NCBI GenBank assembly: GCA_020137815.1
Contig: CM035352.1
Location: 7,812,001-7,876,000, forward strand
From: Hormiphora californensis
Lineage: Eukaryota; Animalia; Ctenophora
DNA: 64,000 nucleotides
Direction: 5' to 3'
The notes below the pieces were generated by a model. That model had not been told where the DNA came from. It made no database searches and worked only from the letters and a program-made list of their open reading frames with translations. Below are positions 13,535 through 27,200 of this stretch, piece by piece. The position numbers and the translations under genes are program-made. Numbering within the stretch: the stretch's first letter is position 1; every line of letters begins with the position of its first letter.

Positions 13535-15099
13535 CAAGGTGGGCCACGGATTGTTGGTAAGGGTTAGCGAGTTGTCCCGTCAAAACGGTGATAGTTGCGA
13601 GAATAAAAATCATGGGAGCACTCTGGATCAATTTCTTGGTAACTTTTTCCATAATTTTTTGTCAAAAATTTGAAAATTCATTTTTCATTCCTTCATTCAT
13701 TTCTCGTTCATTTATGATGTGAGCATCCTAATTTTCCATCATGGTGCTATTTTTCTTTGGCTTGAATTTATCTTTCCAATGAACACCATAAAAATGAAAT
13801 TGAAGCACCAGGTCACGTTGCAGTTGAGAAAATGCTCATGCATGATTTTGGCTCTTCCTGCGACTTTCAATGAGCTGTATCACGGCTCCCTTTTGTTCAA
13901 TCTTTTTCAAAATTTGGGTGAACATTGGATAAACAAAGATCTTTGCTCACAAGAAAAATCAAGGTCAAAACTCAAAGTTCATTTTTCATTTTTGGTAGTT
14001 CATTCCACTCATTCAGGAACTAACATCCCTAAAGTCATGAAAAGATTTGGGTTTTGTTTGGCCTATGCTCTGCAATGCCAGAGAGGTGTAGTAGCGTGTT
14101 TCCGGGCTAGTTTTTGGGTGTCCATGTGATCATGATGATACCTGACACCTTATTTGGGCCATAATTAAGAGATTTTCTCAAGTTGAAGCATGTGACTTGG
14201 GTTTTCTGTGATTGATATCGTGAAACAATGTTATGGGATCCCATAGCACCCCTAAAATGATGATTAATTCAACAAAATGAGTTGATTTATTATTGAAAAG
14301 ATTTAAACCGAAGACAAACTCAACTAAACGAACAATTTCGATCATAAATCAACTCATTTTGTTGAATTAATCATCATTTTAGGGGTGCTATGGGATCCCA
14401 TAACATTGTTTCACGATATCAATCACAGAAAACCCAAGTCACATGCTTCAACTTGAGAAAATCTCTTAATTATGGCCCAAATAAGGTGTCAGGTATCATC
14501 ATGATCACATGGACACCCAAAAACTAGCCCGGAAACACGCTACTACACCTCTCTGGCATTGCAGAGCATAGGCCAAACAAAACCCAAAACTTTTCATGAC
14601 TTTAGGGATGTTAGTTCCTGAATGAGTGGAATGAACTACCAAAAATGAAAAATGAACTTTGAGTTTTGACCTTGATTTTTCTTGTGAGCAAAGATCTTTG
14701 TTTATCCAATGTTCACCCAAATTTTGAAAAAGATTGAACAAAAGGGAGCCGTGATACAGCTCATTGAAAGTCGCAGGAAGAGCCAAAATCATGCATGAGC
14801 ATTTTCTCAACTGCAACGTGACCTGGTGCTTCAATTTCATTTTTATGGTGTTCATTGGAAAGATAAATTCAAGCCAAAGAAAAATAGCACCATGATGGAA
14901 AATTAGGATGCTCACATCATAAATGAACGAGAAATGAATGAAGGAATGAAAAATGAATTTTCAAATTTTTGACAAAAAATTATGGAAAAAGTTACCAAGA
15001 AATTGATCCAGAGTGCTCCCATGATTTTTATTCTCGCAACTATCGCCGTTTTGACGGGACAACTCGCTAACCCTTACCAACAATCCGTGGCCCACCTTG
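13535..15099. mobile_element. 1.56-kb near-perfect palindromic non-autonomous element, TA TSD (Tc1/mariner-like)
   Basis: TA|CAAGGTGGGCCACGG...CCGTGGCCCACCTTG|TA; arms ~756 bp, spacer ~53 bp; mirror ORFs 13719-14129(+) and 14505-14915(-) differ at one residue. Confidence 0.9.
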
Positions 15100-15182
15100 T
15101 ATATGCCGCTATGACAGGTGCTGTATAACCGATGCTAGCGATCTGAAAAAGAAGTGAGAGATTCGCCGTAGTATCAAAGAAA

Positions 15183-15187
<5 letters not shown>

Positions 15188-15261
<74 letters not shown>

Positions 15262-15290
15262 GAGAGTGAGAGAGAGAGAGAGAGAGTGAG
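15188..15290. repeat. (AG)n microsatellite
   Basis: Dinucleotide run. Confidence 0.9.
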
Positions 15291-15505
15291 AGACTGACGA
15301 CTGGAGATTGAGTGAGACTGGAGAGTAAGAGAGAGAGAAGACTATATTCCGCTCACGATCTTCAGTCATAGAGAGAATATTGGAAAGAGAGCGATATATT
15401 TAATCATGGCAGATAATTATTACCGTACATATATAATGTCACTGGATAAAGGCCGTCTACTGTCTATAGCACTACCGCAGTAGTCTCATTAAACATTTTC
15501 CAGTA

Positions 15506-15602
15506 CAGTCGGACCCCGATTTACCTTGTTGAGTATCAAGTCAACAAGATTTACCGGGAAATACCCTTCCCCTGAGTATCCCGATAAATCGAGGTCGGAC
15601 TG
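15506..15602. mobile_element. CAGTCGGACCCCGA-family MITE
   Basis: TA-flanked, same TIR as 1386-1524, degenerate right end. Confidence 0.75.
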
Positions 15603-15946
15603 TAGTAAGAAATCCTCAAAGAAAACCATTTCTAAAATGATATTTGAGAATTCCTCTCTACCTATTTATAGTGGAAATTAACTGCTCAAATTCACGCAAA
15701 AACGCAATTTCTTAACCGGTAATATCGAAAGTCTAATATGTTTTGGTGTCACGTGTCTACGTGGCGGTAAAACGATCTAACGTTAGATCGGATAGCTATA
15801 ACCGGCCTGCACACGAGTGCAAGACTAAAATCCCGCTTTTGAGTTATATGACGTCATGAAATAACTTATTTGGTTGTAAAATGTTCTAAATATGGTCAAT
15901 GTCTGAAACTAACTCTCTCCCACCACCGCAAGAAATCCCAAACCAA

Positions 15947-16158
15947 CTAAATATGGTGCATTTAACGTTCCCTGCAAGCTAAACAACAGATCAAATCGAG
16001 GTTATTTCAAAAGTAGGAACTAAGAAAGCAAAAGCAAAATGCACGTGTTGGCTAAATATGGTGCATATAACGTTCCCTGCAAGCTAAACAACAGATCAAA
16101 TCGAGGTTATTTCAAAAGTAGGAACTAAGAAAGCAAAAGCAAAATGCACGTGTTGGCT
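15947..16158. repeat. ~105-bp tandem duplication
   Basis: Two near-identical copies starting CTAAATATGGTGCAT. Confidence 0.9.
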
Positions 16159-17082
16159 TACTTGTTACAAGTAGGTAGGTAACTATTTCCCTTCCTGCCT
16201 AGCTACTACTTTTAACCCTGTTGCGATCTGCTCCTATTTTCCTAACTCCATCATTCTCTGAGCTCCCTCTCTTTACCTACTAGCGATACATGCTTTACCA
16301 AGGGCACTCATGTCTCATAGCTTTAAAGGAAAAAGAAATAGCCAATAGGTATAATAGCACTATAGCAAAGAGAAGGAGAGAGAAGAAAGAGGAAGAGAGA
16401 ATAGAGATAGAAAGATAGAGAGAGAGATAGAAAGAAAAGATATCGGATTACATATATATGTAGAGAGGAAGAAGAAATGATGGATTAGACTGACATGTGT
16501 ATATTTCTAGGGCGGAGTAGGTAAATAAACAGAAACACGATGTATACATTGAGTTTCTTGCGGTATTTAGCTAACTTAGAATTTAAGAAGGTAGCATTGC
16601 ACAAAGTAAGCAACTCAAGCTTTTCAAGAGCTTATGTAGTCACGGGAAGTCATACTTCCCATGTGTCAGTTAGATTTAACTCCGACGGCCCTAAAGCGAG
16701 AGACATGTCTAGACATGTCTAGACATGGTGTCAAGTGCTTTAAGATTTTACCATGTCCGAGCGAAAGGGTAGCCAAATGATGATCAAGGAAGGTAACCAG
16801 AGTTATTCAGATGTAATATTGTCAAGTGTAAAAGCCAGATTCGTAACTACTACATATTAACTGGGTGGTATAATTCCCATATTTCACAAGACACAGTGTG
16901 TTGTTTGTATAAGGACAGCGATCAGAGCTGCTGGGAGCTGCTACCTGCTGGAGCTGCTGAGAGAGATCAATACTATCTGGAGTTGTAAACAGTTGGTGTT
17001 GTTGAGGGGTTACTCAACAAGTAATGTGTGGGTTTCTGTGAGCAGCTGTTAAAAAAACATCAGATGGTTCTTCCTTCATCAT

Positions 17083-17445
<363 letters not shown>

Positions 17446-18009
17446 CATACAATTCTCATCTGAGTAGTAACATTCTATTCCAGGTGTACTATGTCGTGAT
17501 GTTGACGGATGTACGAGACCCTTCGAGACCCTTCTTGGGCACACATAATTTGTGGAGATTAGCCCAGACACAGGGGACACGTTTAGTAAGGTAATACATG
17601 GGGAAACTACTAAATTATAAAATCCGCCTGGAATTGATTGACATGTTCCTTGTCAGTCAGCTCTCACACCGGGCCGAAGGCCCGGTGCGAGCTTACGCGA
17701 GCCCGAAGGGCGAGCGCTTAAGTGCCGATAGACAGACTGCGTAGCATGGCAAGGAATTGATCTGGCTGTTTTTATCACTGTTCATTATTTTTGATCAACA
17801 TGATAAACTTAAGTTAAAACCAATTTCGAATACTGACAGCTCATTTTATGTATATTGATTTATGTATGCATGTATATTGATATTAAATTTAAAATTCCCA
17901 TAAAACTTAAATCGAATTTCGGAGATTCAAGATAGGTGATACCTACATCTTTTTATAATATGCCAAGTTACCCTTAAAATTCTCAAGACACTGATCGAAG
18001 ATTGATCAA

Positions 18010-19270
18010 TACGTTGAAAAAAATAAAAAATAATAAAGAAAAAACATTCTCCCTTTTTCTCCTTTTTCCTTTTTTTTTTTCCCCCTTTTTTTTTTTCCCC
18101 CCCCTTTTTTTTCCTTTTTTTTTTTTTCAATTTTTTTTTTTTTTTTAAAATTTATTTTCTTTAATTTAACCCAAAAAACCCCAAAACCCCCAAAACCAAA
18201 CCCCACAAAAACAAACCCCAAAAAAAAAAAAAAAAAAAAAAAAAAACAAAACAAAAAACCCCCAAAAAAACCCCCCAAAAAACCAAAAAAAACAAAAAAA
18301 AACCAAAAAAACAAAACAAAAACAACAATTAACCCTTTTTTAAAAAAAAAAAACCCCCCAAAAAAAAAATTTGGGGAAAACAAAATTAAAATTTGAAAAA
18401 ATTTTGTAGCTAACCGGGGAGGGGCCCAAAAGAAAAGGGGAAAACAAAAAAAACCCGGGTGGAAAAAACGGGTTTTTTTCATGTTAAATTTTTTTCTAAA
18501 AAATTTAAAAAAAAAAATTTTAAAAGGCCTTTTTTGAAGTTTTTTGGGCAGAAAAATTTAAATTTTAAAATTATAAAACAAATGAAAGGGTGAAGGAAAA
18601 ATTTTTTAAAAAAAAAAACTCAAGAAGATAAAATTTAAAACGGAAAAAAAAAAAAAAAAAAGAAAAAAAAGAAAAAAAGCAAAAGAAAGAAGTAATAACC
18701 CCGGAAAAAAAAAAAAATGAAACAAAAAGGCCCCTTTAAAAAAAAAAATTTAAAGGAAAAGAAGCTGATTTTGGGGAAAATTTTCCCCCCCAGGGGGACT
18801 GCGAAAAAACCATTACAAAAAACACAAACACAATACCTATCAAAAAAAAAATTTAGGAAAAGGTAAGAGAGGGGGGAAAAAAGGGAGAGAGAAAAGGAAG
18901 AGAAAGGGGAAAGAGAAGAGAAAAAGGGATAAAAAGAGAGAAAAGGAAGAAAAGGAGGAGAGGAAAAAAAGGGAAAGAGGAAAAAAAGGGGAAAAAAGGG
19001 GAAAGAGAAAAGGGAACAGAGGAGGAGAGAAAAGAGGAAAAAAAAAAGGTAGAGACCAAAAAAGGAAAAAAAAAGGGGAAAAGAAAAGAAAAGGAGGAAA
19101 GGAAAGGGACTGGGAAAAAAGTCAGAAATTTTTAAAAAGAAAAATCCCCACATTTTCCCCCAAAATTTTAATAAGGAGAAACGGCAAAAAGTAGAAAGGG
19201 GAAGGAAGGGGGGGAAAAAAGGGGGGGAAAGAGAGAAAAGAGAGGAGAGAGAGGAAAAAGGGAAAATCAA
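18010..19270. other. Probable low-quality sequence (homopolymer-smeared)
   Basis: Dense irregular runs of A/T/C/G; the F/K/G-rich ORFs have no recognisable motif. Confidence 0.7.
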
Positions 19271-19544
19271 GATGAGAGTAAGGTTAGATAGTCATGAAAA
19301 AGAACACCACTACCCTTTGTGAAAACTTTAGAATAAAAAGAAAGAAGAGAAGAGGACAGAGAAAGAAAGATAGAGATGAAAGAAAGAGAGACAGAGATAG
19401 GGAGTGATACAGCTTGTGTGTGTAGAAAGCTAATGTGAAACCTAGACTGAGCTGCTGTAACTGAATTACAGCACAGCCCGCGCACACACACACGTCACAC
19501 AAACTATACCATGCTCAGTATCAGACGTAGATGAAAATACCTAA

Positions 19545-19940
19545 CAGCTAGAGATTTAGGAATCCATCTAGAGATTTAGAACACCATCTAGAGATTTAGG
19601 GCACCATATAGAGATTTAGAAAAACCCTTAGAGATTTAGAAAAACCCCCTCTAGAGATTAGGAAACCATTAGAGGGTTTAGGCACTTTAGGTTTTTTGAC
19701 ACCATCTAGAGATTAGGAAAAACCCTCTAGAGATTTTGGGGACCCTCTAAGATTAGGGGAAAAAACCATCTAGAGATTTAGGAAACCATCTAGAGATTTA
19801 GGGCACCATCTAGAGATTTAGGAAACACCATCTAGGGATTTAGGAAACCATCTAGAGATTTAGGGCACCATCTAGAGATTTAGGGCACATCTGAGTTTTT
19901 GGGGCAATCTAGAGTTTTAGAACACTTTAGAGATTTCAAA
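19545..19940. repeat. Degenerate ~20-bp minisatellite
   Basis: CACCATCTAGAGATTTAGGG variants. Confidence 0.85.
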
Positions 19941-20045
19941 AAAAATTTTGGAAGTGAAAATTAAAAAAAAAAGTCACGTCACAAATCTATAGCCGGCCGT
20001 AGTCGCTTTTGACCGGCAATAACTCCCAGCCAGCAGGATAGAGGC

Positions 20046-20092
<47 letters not shown>

Positions 20093-20699
20093 AGGCGCTT
20101 AATTGAGTCTTATTATGAAGTGTGTGCACATGTGTGTGTGGGGGAGAACACACTCGCCTCTCCTTGGTGCCACGTGACTCGAGACACATGGTATTTCTTT
20201 ACCTGCCTCTCTCAGCTCAAATAAAATACACAAGCTACTAAATCTAGGGAAAGGCTTCATTTTAATAAACGGGTAACCACTAGTAACGAATCAATTGTGG
20301 TAGCACTGAATAATTTCTATAGAATTTGAAAAAAGTAGTTAAGCTGCAAAAGGCCAAATGGTTTACTCACATGACACATGCATTACTATACTGTTCAACT
20401 ACGCGAATCAAAGTGGCCATAAAATATGAGTTAGCTTTCAAACCAATAAAGCCTCTATTTAGGAACATAAAACCTATATATGTAAGACCCGGTATTGTCT
20501 AGATAGAGAGTTACGGCCCCGGCCCCTTGGTAATAACACATAGATGCTGCCCCCCCCACACATACATATAGTGAGATATGACAATCTGCAGTTTGAGTGT
20601 TCTTATACACTCACCCCGACCCCCAACCTCCTCCTCATGAGCTGGTGTGTCGTGGTGGTTCCATGTGAAACGAGAGAACTTTCTCTCTCTCTCTCTCTC

Positions 20700-21530
20700 T
20701 CTTTCTTCTTTTTGCCTCCCTTTTTCTCCTCTTCTTTCTCTCCCTCCTTTCTCTCTCCTCTCCCTTTTTCCTCTCCTTTTCTTTTCTTCCTCCTTTCTCT
20801 ATTCTTTTCCCCTTTTTTTCTTCTCTCCTTTTCTTTTCCCCTTTTTTCTTCTTTTCCCCTTTTTTTCTCTCTTCCCCCCCTTGTTTGCTCCTTTTCTTTA
20901 AAACCTTTAAAATTTTTCCCCTTTCTCCTTTGGAAAAAATTTGTGCCTTTCGATTTTTTATTTTTTTCTTTTTGAAATTTTTTTTTTTTTTTTTTTTTTT
21001 CCCCCCCCCCCCCCCCCCCCCCCCCCCTCCCCCCTCCCCCCCCCCTTTTTTCCCCCTTTTTTTTGGAATTAGGAAGGTTTGTATAGGGAAAGCAAAGGGA
21101 AGAGAAGAGGAGAAAAAGATAAAGGAAGAAGGAAGAGGGAAGAAGGGAAAAAAAGAGAAGGAGGGGAAAAAATGGGGAGGGAGGAGGAGGAGGAGAGAGA
21201 GAAAGGGGAAAAGAGAGAGAGAAAGGAGGGAAAAGGGAAAAAGCGAAAAGGGAATAAAAAGAAATGTAAAGAAAGGGGGAGGAAGGGAATTTAGAGTGGT
21301 TGGGGGGAAATGTAAAACGAGAAAAATTTCTTCCTTTTTTTTTTAAAAAAAATTTGTGGCTTGTTTCTTTTTTTTCCTCTTTCCCTCCCTCCCTTTTCTT
21401 CCTCTTTCTTTTTTTCCCCCCTTCTCTATCTCTCCCCCTTTTTTCTCCCCTTTTTCCCCTTAAAAAAAGCATTTTTTTCCAACACCCCAAAATTTTAAAA
21501 AAAACTCCTTCATGACCCCTTTGGTTATAA
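20700..21530. other. Probable low-quality sequence after a (CT)n tract
   Basis: Homopolymer-rich smear including long T and C runs at ~20977-21030. Confidence 0.7.
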
Positions 21531-22368
21531 GCTTTCAACTCTGAGCTTTGTGCACATTCTTTCTTCTCTCTCTTCTCTCTCTCCTCTCTTCCTCCTCTCT
21601 CTCCTCTCTCTCTCTCCCTCCTCTCTTCTCTCTCCCTCTCCTCTTCTCTCCTCTCTCTCTCCTCTATCTCTCCCTCTCTCCGGAATTGCGTCTTTCTATG
21701 CTTATTCTCTTTTTAATTTCAGGTAAGTCGAAGGGAACTTTTGCACACGTATTTAGCCTTGAGTCGATTGAAATAATAGAGGGTTCTATTTTAATGGGGA
21801 GGAGGGAGAGTGAGGAGCAGAGGAGAGTAAGAGAGCTAGCAGAGGAGAAGGATAAAGAGAGAAGAGAGAGAGATGAGAGGAGAGAAGATAGAGAGAATGA
21901 GAAGATAGATGCAGTAAGCTATTTTCCTCTTTCATCTCTGTTTTTCCTCTTCTCCACTCTCTCATCCCACTGCTCTTAGCTCTGCTATAATCTTCTACTC
22001 TCTCTTCTCTCCCCTATTTCTCTCTCATCTCTAAGCAAAGTTCCTAATTAATTGCTAGAGACGAGTGAAGCTAATATGAACATATAATGTCATCATGGAG
22101 TGTGTAGAAGAGTCAGGAAAAGTAAGGGAGAACAGGAGTGTGTTAATGAATTCAATTCCATGCAACGAAAGCAGGGGGAGTGTTAATTTAGAAATTTGGT
22201 GGACAGGAACTTCAGACCTATAAGGTCGCCCGGTAATTTCTAAAAATATTAATGGGTTGACTGGTGTTAAATCAATCTTGAAGGTATTAGTTCATGATGC
22301 AATATTTATATCCGTATTATAAGGTTGGATTCACTCTATATTTCCTCTCCTCTCTCGAACCCTCTCGT

Positions 22369-22412
<44 letters not shown>

Positions 22413-22445
22413 GGAAGTCCACCATCACCGAACCGGTGTTGAACT

Positions 22446-24209
22446 TCAATCACTCGAAGTGGAGCAGGTGAAGGATAGCGAAGACTGAAGGAGCTGGATG
22501 CATTCAAGGCTGCTTGTGGTGGCACAAACGGTTTTGCAACAAACTGTTTCGATGAAATACCGTAAGAAGACGCACACGCCCTAGAGATCGTTAGCGATAT
22601 AACACAGGTCACAGACGGTATTTCAAATAGTTGGAGGACCAGACAAGATCGTGAGGGGATGGTGAGGACTGGCTGATAGTCTCGTACATACACGCAGCAG
22701 CGTACCGGAGGTAGCAAGAGCAAGCAACAGCAGTAGTAATAAAATCGCAAACTGTACTTCCGGCCTGACTCGCTGCGAGGGAGGAGGAGGCATAGAGAGA
22801 AAGATAGGGAGGAGGCATATAGAGAGATAGATAGGGAGAGAGAGAAAGATATAGAGAGAGAGAAAGGTAGGAGAAGGCATAGAGAGATAGATAGAGAGGA
22901 GGCAGAGAGATAGATAGGGAGGAGGCATAGAGAGAGATAGGGAAAGAGATAGATAGGGAGAAGGAGGAGGCAGAGAGAGAAAGAAAGATAGAGAGAGAGA
23001 GGGAGAAAGATAGAAAGACATATAGGGAGGGAGAGAGAACGATAGAGAGGAAAGACAGAGAAAGAGCAAGATGGAAAAACAGAAAGTTTATTGCATGATC
23101 AATAAATCCGGGTTTATCCTGTGTGTCAATAACTTACTGATTACTGATAATGCTGTAGTTTGAATCTAAGACTATGAATTGATAGGAAATTTGCCGAGAG
23201 CCCCGAAAAAAAGCAATACGTGAGAAAAAAATTGGGTAGCGTCCAATTACACGGTCGCTTGTAGTGGGAAAACGGTAATGGAAAACGGAGATACAGTAAG
23301 ACGACACGCAACCGTCGCCAATCAGGGCGCTAGTACGTGCTGAACACATGCACTTTTTGCCGCGTGTTATGCAACGTGCGTGTCTCATTACTGTATTTCC
23401 ATTACGGTAATACGACTACAAGCAGCACTGTTAGACTGCAGAGAAAGGACCGTGGCTGCTTAAGTGCAACACTAAAGAAAGTTGTTGAGTCGTCAACAAA
23501 AAGAAAGGGGCACCAACACCACGACATAGTATTATTCAAGTAGACTTGTAAGTTATGTACATTACATATCGAGTCGATATTATCGACTCACAGGCAGAAG
23601 TAGAATCGCTGCAATCTCTCTGATCAGCTGCGAAACTTTTAAAAGAAATATCACAGAGCTCTAACGTCAGAAAATATACTGGTTAGTTACAATACACTTT
23701 GTGACAAGCAAACACACGGCATGTACAATATGTACTGACATTTTAAAGTACAAATCTCATCATATAATATGTACATAATTGAGTAATGATAATTCATTCT
23801 CTAATATGCGTGTATGTGAGAGAAAAGAGAGGATATTCAAACTATAGCCCGGTCGAGCTATAATTCTCACGAGAGACTTTCAAGTTTTCAGGGCTGAGGG
23901 CTCAATGCTCATTACTCAATACTTAATAGCGGTGACTTAAACCTGAGGTTCAAACCACATGGCAGTATGGAACCCAAGACGTAAAAATGCATGTGGTAGC
24001 TGGCCTGTACAGAGACTGACAAGAGAATAGACATGGCAGCTAGAGAGACTGAAAAGGAGAAGACTGACTGCACAAAATAAAGTTTACAGAAGATCCCCAG
24101 CCGCCACACTCTCAACTCTTGTGGTTTGTGTACACGGCGCTAATTGCATGTTACACTAACTGCACCACCCTGTCAAAATGACAAACGGCGGCCCTGAACC
24201 GTGCTGTGG

Positions 24210-24296
<87 letters not shown>

Positions 24297-27200
24297 TGAG
24301 AGTCAGAGAGAGAAAATGAGAGTCAGAGAGTCAGAGAAAGAGAGAGCTATGAGTAAAGACAAGTATTTTCTGCACTACAAGCTTCAAAGAACAGACGTGT
24401 CAAAAGTGTATCAGCCAATTAGGAAGAACCTTTGAAGTTTTTGTGAGCCATTTCGGCCTTTCACACCAAGAGCTGGTCCTAGTGAAAATGTAATGGTCGA
24501 AATTCAATATAAAACACACAGTCATTACGATTCTTAAAAAGAAGTCAAAATACATGTTCTATAAACAAATCCGCAATAATCATTTCAAAAAAAGAAATCG
24601 GATTCTCAATCACAGTTTATCACAGCTTTATTCTCCGAAATAACTAAGTGTAAACCACACATATATCACTGATGTAAAAGTCTTTGATCCTATTTTCACC
24701 GCAGATTTACTAATTTTACAATATGTAACCGCACGGATCACATACCAAAAAAGTAATGATTGTGACAAATCCAATTTTAAATCGACAGATTCTGTTCACG
24801 CGGACATCGATAGACATCTCGACACATGTTGCAGACTATTAACCCAGTTTCGGTAGATAATTTTAGAAATAAAGGTTGGATAACTCATCTCAAAAATGAA
24901 ATTTGGGTATTCTTATCGTCTCAAAAGTAAAAGTTGGGTAATTCGTGTATCATTTTAACGATGAGGAAGAGGAAGCTGATAAGGATGAGAACTAGAACAC
25001 AAGCAATGTTAACTTTGGCAGTCTTAGGAATTCCCATCACCCTGAAACAAACGGGTTAGAAATTAGTTACAAGATCTCTTATGCACACAGCTGTCAGGCT
25101 AGTGGTTAGATTCATTTTCCCAAAAATAGACTGCTGTGCTGACCCAGCCGCAGAAAGTGAGGGATTAGGGTACTCCCTCCAGCTCAAAAACAAATAAAAT
25201 GATATAAGGTCAGGAACCGATCGAATCAGGAAATACTGGTCCCTGATTGGCTGATAACCAGTCACATGACCTAAATAACGAGTTATGATTGGCTGTTTAC
25301 TTGGTTCGGTCGGTTCCTACTACAGCTCTACTTACTTGGGTGGTGTGGCAATAATGAGAACACCCACAACAAGGGTCAGAACACAAACACTGAACATGCA
25401 CCACAGGACCGCCTTGTAGTAAGAGGGAAATAACTTCTTCTCTATTACCTGTTAACATTAAGGAAGGTTTTTTTTAGTTGGCACACTCACAAATTTAATC
25501 CGAAATTACGGCTCAAAATAAGGTATTAGGAGCGCACAGAAAAACAAGCAAAAGGTAATTAGGACAATGAAGGAACATTGGTGACATATAGAAACCTGGC
25601 GCTCAATCTTGGTCACGCACGGTGTCTATGTCACCAAGAAGGAACATACCGCGAGTACTGCGAATGACTGGGAAGCTGATGAACATTCACAATGAACTAT
25701 TGGGTCAGTGGAGGATGAATCATACTTTGTCGTACACCCCTCTATCGACCATACTCCCAGATTTTCACTCGTTCCCACTGAAACGAGGTAGAGCTGTTAT
25801 AGGATGGCTGCAGTAGCACCCCGACCCCTGGTAATTCAGTTTCAATGAAATTATACTGTTAACTCTCGCTGCTGGTGGAGAGATTGACCTACATACCTGG
25901 TAACTTATTAGCGGTGCTAACAAAATCAGTATCATTGCTTCCCTGGAGAAAGTAGTTGACGGAGTTGTTAGCTTGGTAGGTCGCACAATGGTACACGATC
26001 TGGTATGTCGTCTCATCTCGATTAAAGTACTGGTTGCGGTCAGGGTAAATCTGAAATGATGTATATGTGTATAATTGTGAAACATGGAAAGGAAGATTTT
26101 AAGGCGGGGTCGAGGGGTCTAAAAGACACTTTCGTGGTTTGATCCAGCTCGAAATCACAAAACCATTCCATCTGGTCCATTTTGTCCTAGTTTTATTGTT
26201 ACCAGTTTTGAGTTCATTTTGAAGTACAGGGTAGTAGAAGTTTTCTCCTCCATCCCCTCCATGCCAACACTCACTATTATGCTGGCAACTGCCGTAGTTC
26301 CGTTAGGATCAGAGGATTCAGAACTCTCGTACACCGTCGCTAGTGTGAGATTAGTCTGTTTAGTAGGTGCCACTAGTGTGAGTTGTTGAGTAAAGTCTGT
26401 CAGAGCGAGAACTGTGGTCAGAGCATTGGCATGACAGCACAAAGTGCGAGGAGAATTTAATTTGTTAAAGTAAGAATACAATGATAGTCGTTGATTTGTT
26501 CACACTACCATAGTCCAGACCACCCAGAAGTAAAGTAAAGTAAAGTAATAGTAAAGTAATAGTGTGTTGTATTTACCATTGAATTTGTTTGAAGAGACTG
26601 TGTAGCTTGTTGGAAAGAACGCCTCCCCTTGAAAGAACATCAGAGATACGTTTATCAGTCGGTAAGTGTTTGATAAGGGCTCCAAAAATGTCTTGTCCGT
26701 TATCTGAAAACATGTGGTTTTTAGCAGTTACCCAATATCGAGTTATCATGAAAGAGCTTTGATATGAGATCTGATATGAGATCTGATATGAGATCTGATA
26801 TGAGATCTGATATGAGATCTGATCAGTATTAAAAAGGAAGGAAAATGAATAAATGAATAAGTACCTTCAAGAACTTCTTTTCATCGTTCTCACAGCCACT
26901 TATTGCGTCGTGGAAGGTACCTTGGCAGAACGAGTAGATATCTACTTTAGATACGCTCTGGGTCCAGAACACACCTGTATATTTAATTGTCTTGTTGTGA
27001 CAATGCATCCAGCTGTGCTATATCACTCAGAAATTGGTCTTTGTAACTCAACAATCCTCCTAAATCCGAGCGTGGTCTCTTTGTTACCCCCCTTCCACCT
27101 TTGTAACTCAACAAGAAACTAAATACTCAACAAGAAATCTTACCTACGATGTCTCCCATTAGTAACGTAGAGCTGTTTTTCAAGCTAAACACATAATCCT

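Noticed and set aside
13719-14915. Twin 136-aa ORFs as duplicated genes or a transposase
   Set aside because: Mirror images within a palindrome, GTG start, no transposase motif.
18006-21538. K/F/G-rich ORFs of 150-310 aa
   Set aside because: They lie in homopolymer-smeared, probably low-quality sequence.
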